This document shows, piece by piece, positions 19,848 through 30,421 of a stretch of 64,000 nucleotides of DNA (position 1 is its first letter; each line of letters starts with the position of its first letter). The DNA lies in IMG/VR virus record IMGVR_UViG_3300013093_000001, positions 32,001-96,000 of that record; one strand, written 5' to 3'. The stretch comes from a virus. The notes beneath the pieces were generated by a model. That model saw only the letters and a list, made by a program, of their open reading frames with translations. It had not been told where the DNA came from and searched no databases. The position numbers and the translations under genes were made by a program.

Positions 19848-20858
19848 ATGTTCGAACCACCGGAAATAATTTCTGAGCAACTCTACGCTGGACCGGGTGC
19901 TGCTCCGATGTTGACGGCGGCGGCAGGCTGGCAGGGCACTGCGAACAACCTAGCTGGTACAGGTCAAGACTTCGCTCGTATTATCTCCCAAATCCCCTGG
20001 TCGGGACCAAGTTCAGAATCGATGCGCGCAACGGCAGCGTCTTACGCGACGTGGCTATTCGCGACAGCGGAACAAGCCGCGCAGACCGCTGCCTTGGCGC
20101 ACGCCGCCGCAACGGCCTATGAATTAGCACGCGCGACCGCCATACCACCGGAAGCTGTGACATGTAACAGAATGCAACTGGCAATACTGACGGCAACCAA
20201 CATCCTCGGCATGAACTCCGTTGCTATCGCAGCCACAGAATCCCAGTACGCAGAGATGTGGACACAAGATATAGCCGCTATGACAGCCTACAGCGCAACA
20301 TCTGCTGAGCTAACGAGCGCATTACCGAATTGGACTACGCCCCCCGCCGCAACGGCTCCACCATCAGCACCTGCTATTTGGACTTATTTACTCGGAGGTC
20401 AAACAATCCCACAGCTGTTTTGGACTACTTTCCAAGCCAATCTGAGCAGCGGACCATTTTCTTTACCGCTGCAACTCCTCAGCCTGTTTACAGTGCTATG
20501 GGCCACCGGCAGTCCCGACAGCCCTATCAATCAAATACTGGGGCTGGCCCAGAATCCGGTCATTGCGCCGCCAACATACCTAGCAGAGCCGTTGGCGACA
20601 GCGCCAACACCTCAAATACGCGCCAACATGGGCAGCGGCAATACTCTGGGACCGCTGCGGGTGCCTCCGACATGGGCACAACCGCCTAAGCAACTAGTTC
20701 CCCGACCCATTACCGTCAACACAGTGGGATCGGAACTAGAACCCTACCCGTTGGGACTGCCGATACTGACAGGTAGCGGCGGTACGACCACGCGGAAACC
20801 GTTACCCGAATACGGCAAGAGCTCGACCGTGATGGTCAAACACCCATATGGCGGCTAG
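19848..20858 (+). CDS. PPE family protein (SVP-type C-terminus)
   Basis: PPEIIS..YAGPG..M..AA.GW, WSGPSS, NR..L..L.ATN.LG.N..AIAATE.QYAEMWTQD and GPLRVPPTW. Confidence 0.9.
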   Translation: MFEPPEIISEQLYAGPGAAPMLTAAAGWQGTANNLAGTGQDFARIISQIPWSGPSSESMRATAASYATWLFATAEQAAQTAALAHAAATAYELARATAIPPEAVTCNRMQLAILTATNILGMNSVAIAATESQYAEMWTQDIAAMTAYSATSAELTSALPNWTTPPAATAPPSAPAIWTYLLGGQTIPQLFWTTFQANLSSGPFSLPLQLLSLFTVLWATGSPDSPINQILGLAQNPVIAPPTYLAEPLATAPTPQIRANMGSGNTLGPLRVPPTWAQPPKQLVPRPITVNTVGSELEPYPLGLPILTGSGGTTTRKPLPEYGKSSTVMVKHPYGG

Positions 20859-21301
20859 GACTGTCGAATTGTTGGAGTAGAACTCAAATCACGCCGACAG
20901 TCGAGGAAGTTTCGCAAAGCTATGTGCATAACTTCTGACAGCTGCCACCCCTCGCTGGACTCACAGAAAGCCTGAACTATATTTTCTTCGCTGTTCGCCC
21001 AACCATCCTCATGGTCATTGTAAATGCCAACACACCAGCCCATCGGTTTACCAAACCATTCCAAACCTAACCGCGACCGCAGTGAGTGGCAATCTGGGTC
21101 CGTGGCAACTATCCAATGGCCGCTCTCTAAGCGGCCCTCTAAGGCATAGCAACCACCACCTGTATGCACTTCATGCAATAAAATACCCAGGTCAAGCCTT
21201 ACTTTCCACAGGATGATCGCGGCATGGGCACCTGACGATTTTCCAATCTCATGCTCATAGTCTGAGAACGGCGGGTCGGTTGGTTTCATAAAAATACCCA
21301 T
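20855..21301 (-). CDS. Hypothetical protein
   Basis: HTGGGC motif; last gene of the leftward array. Confidence 0.55.
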   Translation of the reverse strand: MGIFMKPTDPPFSDYEHEIGKSSGAHAAIILWKVRLDLGILLHEVHTGGGCYALEGRLESGHWIVATDPDCHSLRSRLGLEWFGKPMGWCVGIYNDHEDGWANSEENIVQAFCESSEGWQLSEVMHIALRNFLDCRRDLSSTPTIRQS

Positions 21302-21822
21302 TACACGTCCCGTCTGAAGCTGTAGGCATCATAGGGCTTTCGGCCACACCACACGTCCGTCAGAGCTTGTGTGACGTTAAGGCCAGTTGCTTCGTCAATG
21401 GCCTGCCACTCAACGATGCAACGCGGTTCTCCATCAAGACCCAGCAGAACAGACTCCACCGGTTCCATAAGTGTCATGCGGAGTCGGTTATACCACCACG
21501 ACTTTTGCATCGTCAGGCGCATGAACCGCAAACCGTCATCAACACTGGCAAAAACGATGTTCCCGTTCGGCGTCATGTCAGGACTACCAGGGTAGTGTGC
21601 ACCACCTTGACAGGAGAACTGCGTTGCAATGCCAGACCGCCACACGGCGTCCAGCAGATCAACCATGCCTTCGTCAACATGGCCGTTGCTCGTCAATACT
21701 TGCTTATGAATACTCACTATCCTCCTTATCTGGGTCGGCCTCTGCCGACCGCGCACCCAGGCCAGGTAATGAACCTGACCTGGGCCTTCTTTCAGTTGTG
21801 GTAGTCGACGTGCACCAGCCAC
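21301..21822 (-). CDS. Hypothetical protein (start uncertain)
   Basis: VDEGM..L...W..GI.TQFSCQG phage motif. Confidence 0.5.
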   Translation of the reverse strand: MAGARRLPQLKEGPGQVHYLAWVRGRQRPTQIRRIVSIHKQVLTSNGHVDEGMVDLLDAVWRSGIATQFSCQGGAHYPGSPDMTPNGNIVFASVDDGLRFMRLTMQKSWWYNRLRMTLMEPVESVLLGLDGEPRCIVEWQAIDEATGLNVTQALTDVWCGRKPYDAYSFRRDV

Positions 21823-22268
21823 GTTGACGGGTCGAGCGAAGCCAGGAATTTCAAAAACTGCTCTTCAAATTCCGGTCCGCGTTCCCAGTCACCAATCACG
21901 GTTGACCCGCTACCCTCTGGGCCAAGCCACTTCGTGTGCCACACGCAATCAAGGTCCAGGTAACTGTAGACGTAGTCTATCGACTCTGCTACAAGGTCAC
22001 CGACGCGTGCACAGTCGGTAGCGCCAGCTTCCGCGACTTCATCGGGGAAACCGAAACTGCTGGGCTCAGACGGCAGACCGCTAACACAGTCGGGTTTCAA
22101 CCGCCACTCACCACCCCACCTGCCGCCAACAACCCACCAGTCCCATTCAGGATCACCTTCTGGGTCACATGAATCGTAGCCATACCGGGACATGCGTAGT
22201 TCCAACTCGGACCGCAAGTTATCCGGCTCAACATCTCCCGGTATGGCGACAACATGGCTATAGTGCAT
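21792..22268 (-). CDS. Hypothetical protein
   Basis: WDWWVVGGRW..LVHVDYH conserved phage motifs. Confidence 0.65.
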   Translation of the reverse strand: MHYSHVVAIPGDVEPDNLRSELELRMSRYGYDSCDPEGDPEWDWWVVGGRWGGEWRLKPDCVSGLPSEPSSFGFPDEVAEAGATDCARVGDLVAESIDYVYSYLDLDCVWHTKWLGPEGSGSTVIGDWERGPEFEEQFLKFLASLDPSTWLVHVDYHN

Positions 22269-22668
22269 TAGCCGCCACCTCATCTGTCACCGTGGACGCT
22301 GGGTATTTCGGCGCGAGTTGGTCCCGCAGGAACACCCAAATCCGGTCAGGCAGGCTGGTGGTTTCTCCCTGATCGTCGTGCGACGTCAGGGCAACAGGAC
22401 CGCAAATCACGTCCTGGTTACGCATCTCAGGGCATAAACCCCACCACAACGCTGTCGCTGGCTCATTAACCGGCAAGCCTTGCAGTTTGCCTTCTTCGTT
22501 ACACCACATGTCCAGTTCGTCTGTCACCCGAACCAGTTCAATGTAGCCACCGACAACACCCTGTAGGAATCCCAAACTGGTGGCTTCGTCACCTGACGAC
22601 ACCCGCCGAAATTCGTACAGACCACCAGAGTCCTGGTCGATAATGGCCGCTTTGTAACCTGTATTCAT
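22258..22668 (-). CDS. DUF3846 protein
   Basis: LQGVVGGYIE..NEEGKL.GLPVN..AT..DVICGPV. Confidence 0.8.
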   Translation of the reverse strand: MNTGYKAAIIDQDSGGLYEFRRVSSGDEATSLGFLQGVVGGYIELVRVTDELDMWCNEEGKLQGLPVNEPATALWWGLCPEMRNQDVICGPVALTSHDDQGETTSLPDRIWVFLRDQLAPKYPASTVTDEVAANAL

Positions 22669-23870
22669 CTTTCCTCCTGTCGGGTCTGACCTCGTGTCAG
22701 ACCTCGTGTCGCGGCAAGGTAGTGAGCCTTGCCGGGACGAACTTTACGCTGGCGTGTCTGGGCCAAACATAGAGCGCAAGTAATTGAGCTCTTCTTTTTT
22801 GAGCTCACTGACATAGCGCAACTCGCCGCAGTGTTCGCAACTATGCGGGTGGTCATTGCCACCGTCGCATGAGCCACACACCCAATCGTCATACGTCAAT
22901 CTACTGCTACCTGCCTCTCTTGGTCACATTGAACTTGCCAGCCTTCAAGCGGTCTACTAATTCTCCCAATGCCGCCTCAAAACCGTCCGCGAAGGCGCTC
23001 GCTTCGTTTTGGTCCAGGTTTTTTCGTCTTTGCACAGCCACATGGGAGAGTGTTCCAGTTGGTCACGGACCCCGGCGACTGCTTCTTGACACCACTCCTC
23101 AACCGCGTGCTCGTCAAACTCCATTGTTGCCTTCCTATAAATTGGTCCTGGCCTGTGCCAATACTCGCGTCCCGGTAAGGTAATAAGCCTTACCGGGACT
23201 GTACTAATAATTAGTACGCTTCACCACACCGGCAACCACAGTTACGACGTTATCGGTTCTCCGCGTTGTTCGCCGCGTGCATTGTCCCAGGTATACATCA
23301 TGACATCGAGTGCATTAATGAACCTGACGTACATCTCCGATCCTGTCGGAAGGTAGCGCGGTATAGTTGCGCGTTGATCCCGACCGGTTACGGTTTCCGT
23401 CAAATGCACGTCCACTTGTATGCCGTCGTAGTCAATGCTGACCCTGATCGTCACGACCTAGACTCCCGCTGCATTATACGAATTTCGTCACGGATAACTG
23501 GGTGCCAAAAACTGTTAATTTCCGTTCCTGGTGTCCAATTTTGACGTGCCCACGACCGAAATTCTGCTTCTTCCTCCGGGGTCAAGTCACGGAAAATGCT
23601 CTCAAACTGACCCGACTTGCTGTTGCGGATCATTAAATTCCCCTCCGCATAGTCAAAACATGCGCTGCATGAGCTAAATTAATCCAAGCGTCAGCAAGTT
23701 GTATCTGACAATTGACTGTCAGTCTCTGACCTAGCGGACCATTCTCCACCGCAGTGAGTATTTTTTCTGCTTTCCGCAGGTACTCAACGGTTTCCATTCC
23801 TCCTCCAATCACCTTGGCCGGTTGCCAAGGACAGCGCCTGGGCGGGGCACTGAACCCCACCCAGGCTTCC

Positions 23871-24149
23871 TCAATCTTTGTAAATCTTGGACCCCAATGC
23901 TTCTTCGGTCGCAATGACCAAATTCTGCATTGTAGTCAACTCCTGCTCCGTGGTTTCCGCCGCCATTGGCATCATCTCAACCCGGTACTCGACAATTTCG
24001 TCAAAACCAGCTTCTAGGTGGTCGTCAACGATTTTGGCAGCAGTAGCCGCTGTCATGCCGGGGTTATTCTCTCGCAGTTGCTGGATAAGTTCGCTGCGAC
24101 TGCCTCGGTAAACTCGGCTCTGGCCTTCCGGCCTCTTGCCGTCAGTCAT
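23871..24149 (-). CDS. Hypothetical protein
   Basis: Coupled to the upstream ORF; ends at a repeat element. Confidence 0.5.
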   Translation of the reverse strand: MTDGKRPEGQSRVYRGSRSELIQQLRENNPGMTAATAAKIVDDHLEAGFDEIVEYRVEMMPMAAETTEQELTTMQNLVIATEEALGSKIYKD

Positions 24150-24612
24150 TTTGGCCGTCAACGTCGATATACAGCGTCCTGCTTGCACCCGGTCCTGTTT
24201 CAACGGTAATAGAAGCGTGGTCACCGTCAAAAACGATTTCAGCACTCCTGACTGCTTCCAACGACCGCTGCTTCACCGCCGCATACTTTGCGTCATGCGC
24301 CGCAAGACTCGCCGCCAAAGGACTTCTGTCTGTCAGGAATCCTGGGACTCGTTCTGACTGCAACCACTTGACCAAACCACTGACAAATTCTCGTGGTAAG
24401 GAAACCGTTGCTTCTGGCGCCTGCTCTACCATTGTGCCAAGCAGCGCATGGGGCCGGTTATTGACGACGGCAAGCATGACATCCAATGCCGGGTTAAGCT
24501 GCTCCAGCGGTAACTCCACGTCCCAGTCCAGACGGTCGAATGCCTGATCGGCTAGTTCGACAGCCCTATTTCGCACGGACTGCAACACGTCAGCAGTATT
24601 AGTATCTGCCAT
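24142..24612 (-). CDS. Hypothetical protein
   Basis: ATG after the element SD. Confidence 0.6.
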   Translation of the reverse strand: MADTNTADVLQSVRNRAVELADQAFDRLDWDVELPLEQLNPALDVMLAVVNNRPHALLGTMVEQAPEATVSLPREFVSGLVKWLQSERVPGFLTDRSPLAASLAAHDAKYAAVKQRSLEAVRSAEIVFDGDHASITVETGPGASRTLYIDVDGQND

Positions 24613-24698
24613 GTTTAACTTCTCCTCTAATCTAGTGCAGGTCGGCTCTTTGCCGACCTCGTACCGGGTGCCGGTACGACCCGACACCCGGCCTCTTT

Positions 24699-25256
24699 TT
24701 ACGCTACAGCCTCAACGCGGTGGGTGTAAAAACACCCATTCTTCCCGCAGTCCACTTCCTGCTGCACAAGCGACCACATTGCGTCCCACACGCCGAATAG
24801 CAAATCATAATCGGACGGACGACGACCCAAACCGAAATCGTCTTCCGGCTTCATAAACATTGCTATGATCTCGCGTAGCGCCGCTGTCACAATGTCCTTC
24901 GCTGCGTCACACCAAACGAAATTCACGTCTGCCGGGTCGAAGCCCCGGTACCACGACCTCGGTCCCGGCGCTGGCTCTAAACCAGCGTTGGACCGCTCAA
25001 TTTGAGCGGCCCTGTACGCCTTCGTGTCGTGGCAGTCGCAGTAATTCCTGTCAGACGCGACAATCTCATCACTGGCAAGTAACTGCCAAATACTGAGATG
25101 GACACCGGCAAGCAACTCGCTGTCACTGGTCCTGCTGTGCAGGTCCGTGGCATACAAGTCCACGACCTCACGCAAAGCATCCTTCAGGATATCCGTGGCA
25201 TCTTCACACCACAGATAGTCGTCTGACTTTTTGTCGTCTTGGTACTCCCAAGCCAT
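24699..25256 (-). CDS. Hypothetical protein with internal duplication
   Basis: WCEDATDILKDALRE..SDSELLAGV and WCDAAKDIVTAALRE..SDYDLLFGV. Confidence 0.6.
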   Translation of the reverse strand: MAWEYQDDKKSDDYLWCEDATDILKDALREVVDLYATDLHSRTSDSELLAGVHLSIWQLLASDEIVASDRNYCDCHDTKAYRAAQIERSNAGLEPAPGPRSWYRGFDPADVNFVWCDAAKDIVTAALREIIAMFMKPEDDFGLGRRPSDYDLLFGVWDAMWSLVQQEVDCGKNGCFYTHRVEAVA

Positions 25257-25338
25257 ACTTTTCTCCTCCACTATGGGAACCGGCCTTTGCCAGTCCCTCG
25301 TACCCCGGCCGGATTTGACACCGACCGGGGCTGACCTA

Positions 25339-25803
25339 CTACCTACCCTGCGGGAACTCTTCCTGAATCAAAGCGGTGATAAACGCTTTGTGGTCAGCCA
25401 GGGCTTTATTCAGCGCAACGATCACGCCATACACCGCTTGTCGCTCTCGCCAGTCCTGCATCTGCTCCTCGTAGTATTGTCCAGCGGTGACCGTGGAAGC
25501 AGGCAAACGGAACTGTTTGTCCTCACTAAGCGAGTTTAGTATCGCGTTAGGGTCGTCCGGCTTCTGGGGTTGCGGTTCGTTGCCAACAACAGGAGAAAAA
25601 CCCCAGTATTGTGCTTCCAGATGATCGATCAGACCTGTCAGAAATTGCTGCGTTATCGGGAAGCCGTCTTCTCCTGCTGGCTGATCATCCGTCAACACAA
25701 CGTCGGCAGCCTGCTTCAGCGCTAGCTTCAACGTGCTGCCAGGTACTTCCAAGACGTAATGATCACACGCCTCGTCAATCCGACGCTGCAATTCTGTTGT
25801 CAT
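25339..25803 (-). CDS. Hypothetical protein
   Basis: Exactly fills the space between two elements. Confidence 0.6.
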   Translation of the reverse strand: MTTELQRRIDEACDHYVLEVPGSTLKLALKQAADVVLTDDQPAGEDGFPITQQFLTGLIDHLEAQYWGFSPVVGNEPQPQKPDDPNAILNSLSEDKQFRLPASTVTAGQYYEEQMQDWRERQAVYGVIVALNKALADHKAFITALIQEEFPQGR

Positions 25804-25878
25804 CTTTCCTCCAATCTGACCCGACCCTTTGCCGGGTTCGTACCCCGGTCAGGCTCGACCCTGACCGGGGCTGGGCAG

Positions 25879-26736
25879 CTAGCTGACCTTCCTGGTCGGC
25901 GCTGCTCGCTTAGCTGGCGCTTTCTTAGGCGCAGCCTTCTTAGCTGGTGTCTTACCAGCCGGATGCCGCTTGACGGACGCTTCCAGCTGCGCCATCAAGT
26001 CGGACACGTCGTCGTCGCGCTGGTCCAGATCAACGACGCTGGTCAACACGCCACCCTTAGCTTTCGTGTCAATCAACGCCGCGACCTGCGCGGTGTAGGT
26101 GTCAACGAAGTTGGCGGGACTAAAGTCCTCAATCATGCTGTCAACGACTGCGTGCGCCATTTCCAGCATTTTGGGTGACTCAATGGTCCCGTTTAAATGC
26201 TGCAAACCATTAGCGTCACGGATTTCGTCCAGCCAAATCAGGGTGTGCATGACCAACACGTTGCCAAGGACGCGGATGACAGCCATTTGCTGTCGTGTTC
26301 GCAACACAAACTTTGCGACCGCAACAACATCTGACTCCACCATGACCCGACGCAACAGCGCGTAACCTTGAGAGCTGTTGTCTGTGGGTTCCAAAAAGTA
26401 ACTGGACTCCCACATAATCGGGTCAATCTCGTCACTGTGACAAAACTGGACCACCTCAATGGCCGACAACTTATTGGCTTCCTGCAACTGCGCCAGGTCG
26501 TCATCGGTAATAACGACAATCTTGTCGTCATCAACCAGCTTGCCTTTAATGACTTCGTCAGACCGTGGGTTGACGCCACACTTCTTACACACGCGGGGCT
26601 GACCAATCGCACCCTCGCAACCTGCATGGAACAGGTTAAACGAGATGTCATGGCTGTCCGTTGCCTTGTAGAGTTTGACACCCACATTCACTAAACCGAA
26701 GTTCAGTGACGTGTTTTTCACTGATCTCATACCCAT
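25879..26736 (-). CDS. ku: Ku-like DNA end-binding protein
   Basis: LNFGLVNVGVKLYKAT, YFLEP..YALLR and DLMAQLEASV, plus a Lys/Ala-rich tail. Confidence 0.92.
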   Translation of the reverse strand: MGMRSVKNTSLNFGLVNVGVKLYKATDSHDISFNLFHAGCEGAIGQPRVCKKCGVNPRSDEVIKGKLVDDDKIVVITDDDLAQLQEANKLSAIEVVQFCHSDEIDPIMWESSYFLEPTDNSSQGYALLRRVMVESDVVAVAKFVLRTRQQMAVIRVLGNVLVMHTLIWLDEIRDANGLQHLNGTIESPKMLEMAHAVVDSMIEDFSPANFVDTYTAQVAALIDTKAKGGVLTSVVDLDQRDDDVSDLMAQLEASVKRHPAGKTPAKKAAPKKAPAKRAAPTRKVS

Positions 26737-26776
26737 GTTTTCCTCCTCCACGGCGACCCTTTGCCACCGCTTATTT

Positions 26777-26805
26777 ATTTTAGCCAGACAACTGGCTACT
26801 CACCA
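26777..26805 (-). promoter_or_regulatory. Promoter TGGTGA-N17-TAAAAT upstream of ku
   Basis: Followed by hairpin GCGGTGGC-AAAGG-GTCGCCGT and SD GGAGGAGG. Confidence 0.6.
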
Positions 26806-27135
26806 CCCGGTGGTGGCGAAATCTATGACCCCTCCAGGTAAAATCTCCTCAATACAGGGGAGGTGTAACGACCCGTCAGGTTCGCTACACCCCCTCCCTA
26901 CTCAGGGTGGTAAATGCCGTGCATTTCGTCTAGGCATTTGTCGCAGTGCTTGACGTAAGACGGCTTTCCGTCAACTAGCCAAAACTCTGTACCATAAATC
27001 TGGTTTGGCAATATCTGCCTCACGCATGTACTACAGGCATGGCTCTTCCTTGCTCGGCGGTACCGGGTCTCACCTAGCTGTAATTCATCAATCCAGTCAA
27101 CTTCTTCTGGATCATCCCTGTAGCCAGCGTAGATG

Positions 27136-27525
27136 CTAGCCACAATGCCACCGCAGCATTTGAGAATAGTTGACGCAACCCTCTGCGTAACCCTCGGTAT
27201 ACATTTCCGCTCTCTGCTGGTCGTATTGCCGCTCCGACTCCTTGTACTGCGCGAGCAGTTCAGGCGACAGACGTGACTCGTCAACAGTCAACAAAACTCG
27301 CTGACCATTGCACACAGAGCAAAGCGCATCATAGACACCCGACTTGTAATCCTGCCAAAAGTCGGGGTCTTGATCGTACATTTCATCCTGGGTCATACCG
27401 CCCTCCCAGCAATCATGCACACCGCGACCTTCACAACGCCAGCAGACCTCGTACTTGTCGGGCAAGTTGACGCTCGTCGGTCCGTCTTCGCTGTTTGCGT
27501 CGGTACCAAGCATCTGGTACTTCAT
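27136..27525 (-). CDS. Hypothetical Zn-finger protein
   Basis: CWRCEGRG..Y.SG.YD..CSVCNG. Confidence 0.65.
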   Translation of the reverse strand: MKYQMLGTDANSEDGPTSVNLPDKYEVCWRCEGRGVHDCWEGGMTQDEMYDQDPDFWQDYKSGVYDALCSVCNGQRVLLTVDESRLSPELLAQYKESERQYDQQRAEMYTEGYAEGCVNYSQMLRWHCG

Positions 27526-27796
27526 GCTTCTCTCCTCCTAACCGGGCTGGCTTGTGCCAGCCTCGCACCCTGGCCGGGTTCGACCCCGGCCAGGGCTCGT
27601 CAGGCCAATCCCCTGACGTACAGGTAACCCTTCACCCGTTCGGCCAGCTCGTAAGCGGAATCGATGATATCCAATTCGTTGGACGAATTGTCATACCGCT
27701 CGTAAAACTGGTTCAGCGCAGCCACGACCGCCTTTGCGTCGTATTCTTGCCGCTCCTGCATAATCGGCAATGACTGCGGCGACCACCAGTGGCCGC

Positions 27797-28003
27797 TCAC
27801 ATACCCGGCTTGAAGTCGAAGTACACACGCGGGTTGTGCGTGAACTCCATGACACCTTCGACACGGTCCGACTTCCGTCGGACCATGACGTATGGAGCAG
27901 AGAAGCCAATGACTTCAAATTCTGCCTGTAACTGCTCGGTGTCCCACGTCTGTCCCTCTGGCTTGCGACCAGAGTCGTAGTTGTGGATTTCAATACCTGA
28001 CAT
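27797..28003 (-). CDS. Small hypothetical protein
   Basis: WDTEQL..EFEVIGFSAPY..VRRKSD..FTHNPRVYF conserved phage motif. Confidence 0.65.
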   Translation of the reverse strand: MSGIEIHNYDSGRKPEGQTWDTEQLQAEFEVIGFSAPYVMVRRKSDRVEGVMEFTHNPRVYFDFKPGM

Positions 28004-28084
28004 TTTTCCTCCTCCACTTGGGTCGGCCTGGTGCCGACCTCGCGCCGTGGTTGAGTTCGACCCCAACCACGGCAATTCTTAGTC

Positions 28085-28435
28085 TCAAACCCGCAGCGTA
28101 ACAGCCTGCGGGTTCCTCAACCCAACCGCGAAGGTGTGGTCACCACCGACATCCGTATTACAATGACGGCAGTAGGTTGTAGCACCTACCACTGACAGCG
28201 CTGATCGCACCCAGGCGAAATGATCGCCAACACACGGCAGGCAAACAGCGCCTCCAGGTTGACCGCACTCCTGCATTGCAATATGCGTTGCTTCCCGTTT
28301 GCCACACAGGCCACACCGAATTACCCCGCCAGCTACCTCAGCTAACGAATAAATCTCCCTGAGAGTTTCGATATATGCTTCACCCGTTTTCTCGCTGAGA
28401 GACTCAAGTAATTCTGCTATTAATTCTTCTCCCAT
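28085..28435 (-). CDS. Cys-rich hypothetical protein
   Basis: Three CxxC motifs; lies between elements. Confidence 0.55.
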   Translation of the reverse strand: MGEELIAELLESLSEKTGEAYIETLREIYSLAEVAGGVIRCGLCGKREATHIAMQECGQPGGAVCLPCVGDHFAWVRSALSVVGATTYCRHCNTDVGGDHTFAVGLRNPQAVTLRV

Positions 28436-29091
28436 GTTTCCTCCTCCTTGTGGCTGGTTGTCAGCCCCGTGCGCTGGCCGGGTAATGAACCCGGCCAGGG
28501 CTGTGTCATAGCCGCGACAGGACACCGTTAATTAGTTCTGCCACCGCATCCAACGTCACGCCACCAGACAATTTTAGCTTCTCAGCAACATAATCAGCGC
28601 TGACCGGACTGTCGAAGGTGTATGCCCCGCAGGACTTGACTGCAACGAATACCTGCCTGTGGTTGACATAACTGATCGTATTGCTGCCACCGACGTCGCA
28701 AGGCGATGCAAACAAAATCCGCAGCGCAGTAGCCTGTCTATCCGTCCAAAGCAGAGCGACCGACCCGTAGTAATTCATATCGAACACCACGGCGTCGAAT
28801 GTACCGTCGCTGTTGACAACCTGATTGTATTCGTCAAGCGTGTACTGCCGCTCACCCATCACTCTGGTCCGTTCGCCCAAAAATCCAGCAACTCAAGAAT
28901 TCCGGTGAGGGCTTCGGCAATAGCTATCTGCGCGTGGTCCTGGCTAGTTGGACGCAAATCCGCACGCCCGTTTTTAGCCCAACCGATCCGCTCTCGCGCA
29001 TTTTTCAGGTGTTGATTCACTTTTCCTCCAATCTGGTCCGGCATTTGCCGGACTCGTACCCCGGCCAGGTTCGACCCTGGCCGGGGCGTGT

Positions 29092-29553
29092 CTAGCTCGC
29101 TATGACGCCGCTACCCTCGCAACGCAGGCAGGTCTGGTATCCCAGCGACTCGTGGTCGTAGTCAAACCATTGCGACCCTGGTTCAAGTTGCAGAAGCTTG
29201 CTGCGGTGCAATTCCTCGCTGTAGTTAAAGCCTTCGCCGCTGCAACCCGCGCAAGTGCGCTTGCCTGTCAACTGCAATTCCAGTTCGTAGACAATCGCCG
29301 CAACCTCACAGTTGCAAATATTGACGCTGTGATCGCAACCCAAATCGTCTGAGAGGTATTCAATCAACGACGCCACCAGCGCCTTGGGTACAGGTTGACT
29401 GTCACCCCGCTCTGGGTGTTTTTCCATCTCAGCGCGGTAGTCAGCGATCTCAGTTCTGCGCATCAATGTCCAAGACGGACGTTCGATGGGGTCACTGACC
29501 CGCAACGCCTCACTCAGCAGGACATTCTCAATTTCGACCCACTCAGTAGACAT
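29092..29553 (-). CDS. Hypothetical protein with CxxCxG repeats
   Basis: Between elements; strong SD. Confidence 0.6.
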   Translation of the reverse strand: MSTEWVEIENVLLSEALRVSDPIERPSWTLMRRTEIADYRAEMEKHPERGDSQPVPKALVASLIEYLSDDLGCDHSVNICNCEVAAIVYELELQLTGKRTCAGCSGEGFNYSEELHRSKLLQLEPGSQWFDYDHESLGYQTCLRCEGSGVIAS

Positions 29554-29625
29554 CTCTCCTCCTAACTGGGCTGGCCTCTTGCCAGCCTCGTACCCCGGCC
29601 AGGTTCGACCCTGACCGGGGCTATT

Positions 29626-30024
29626 TCAACGAACCGTGAACGACACGGTCATTCCGTCACTCCTACGGTCTATCCTGTCACGCAAACGCGACAGCGAAGC
29701 AAACAGGTGTGCGTGTGGGACTGCTGCAACACCGAACCGTTTGAAACCACCTGGATCGTCAAACTCATCTGCTAAAAACGACTCCGTGTAGTAGTCCTCT
29801 GCGTCTTCGTCAACGTAGCGCACAACTAATCTCCTCACAGGCAACGGACTCAACTCAGCCAGCAACGGCTCCCACAAGCATTGATCGGCAGTGAACGTCA
29901 CTTCGTTCTTCGGCCAGCCAAACGTGTCCCTCGGTCCTTCTGACACCCAAGACCAACCTAGCCCTACGGCCATAGTCCGTATGTTTGCTCGGTTTTTCTC
30001 TGCAATCTCGTACTCGTACTGCAC
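29626..30024 (-). CDS. Hypothetical protein
   Basis: Between elements; strong SD. Confidence 0.55.
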   Translation of the reverse strand: MQYEYEIAEKNRANIRTMAVGLGWSWVSEGPRDTFGWPKNEVTFTADQCLWEPLLAELSPLPVRRLVVRYVDEDAEDYYTESFLADEFDDPGGFKRFGVAAVPHAHLFASLSRLRDRIDRRSDGMTVSFTVR

Positions 30025-30105
30025 AGTTTTTTCCTCCTCCTAACTGGTCTGGCTCATGCCAGACTCGTACCCGGTACAGGTTCGACCCTGTACCGGGCGC
30101 TACCG

Positions 30106-30345
30106 CTAAACCTTCTGCTTACGCGGCTCAAACTCGGTCACAATCGGTTGCGTAGCAGACCCATGATGTGTCCAGTGGTAGTACCCCATCTGGTCAACAC
30201 CAGTGAACTCTAAGGGTGGCGGGAACTCTACTAAAACATAGCCGTAACCCAACCGGGCACCTTGCTGCCGGAAGTTATGTTTGGCTTCCGACACGCTGCT
30301 GCCTCGACCCCAGCGGTTTTGACCCATCACAAGGAATGTGGACAT
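30106..30345 (-). CDS. Small hypothetical protein
   Basis: Between elements; SD. Confidence 0.55.
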   Translation of the reverse strand: MSTFLVMGQNRWGRGSSVSEAKHNFRQQGARLGYGYVLVEFPPPLEFTGVDQMGYYHWTHHGSATQPIVTEFEPRKQKV

Positions 30346-30421
30346 TCTTTCCTCCAATCTGACCCGACCTCTTGCCGGGTTCGCGTCCTAGCCAGGTTCG
30401 ACCCTGACTAGGACTCCTTTA

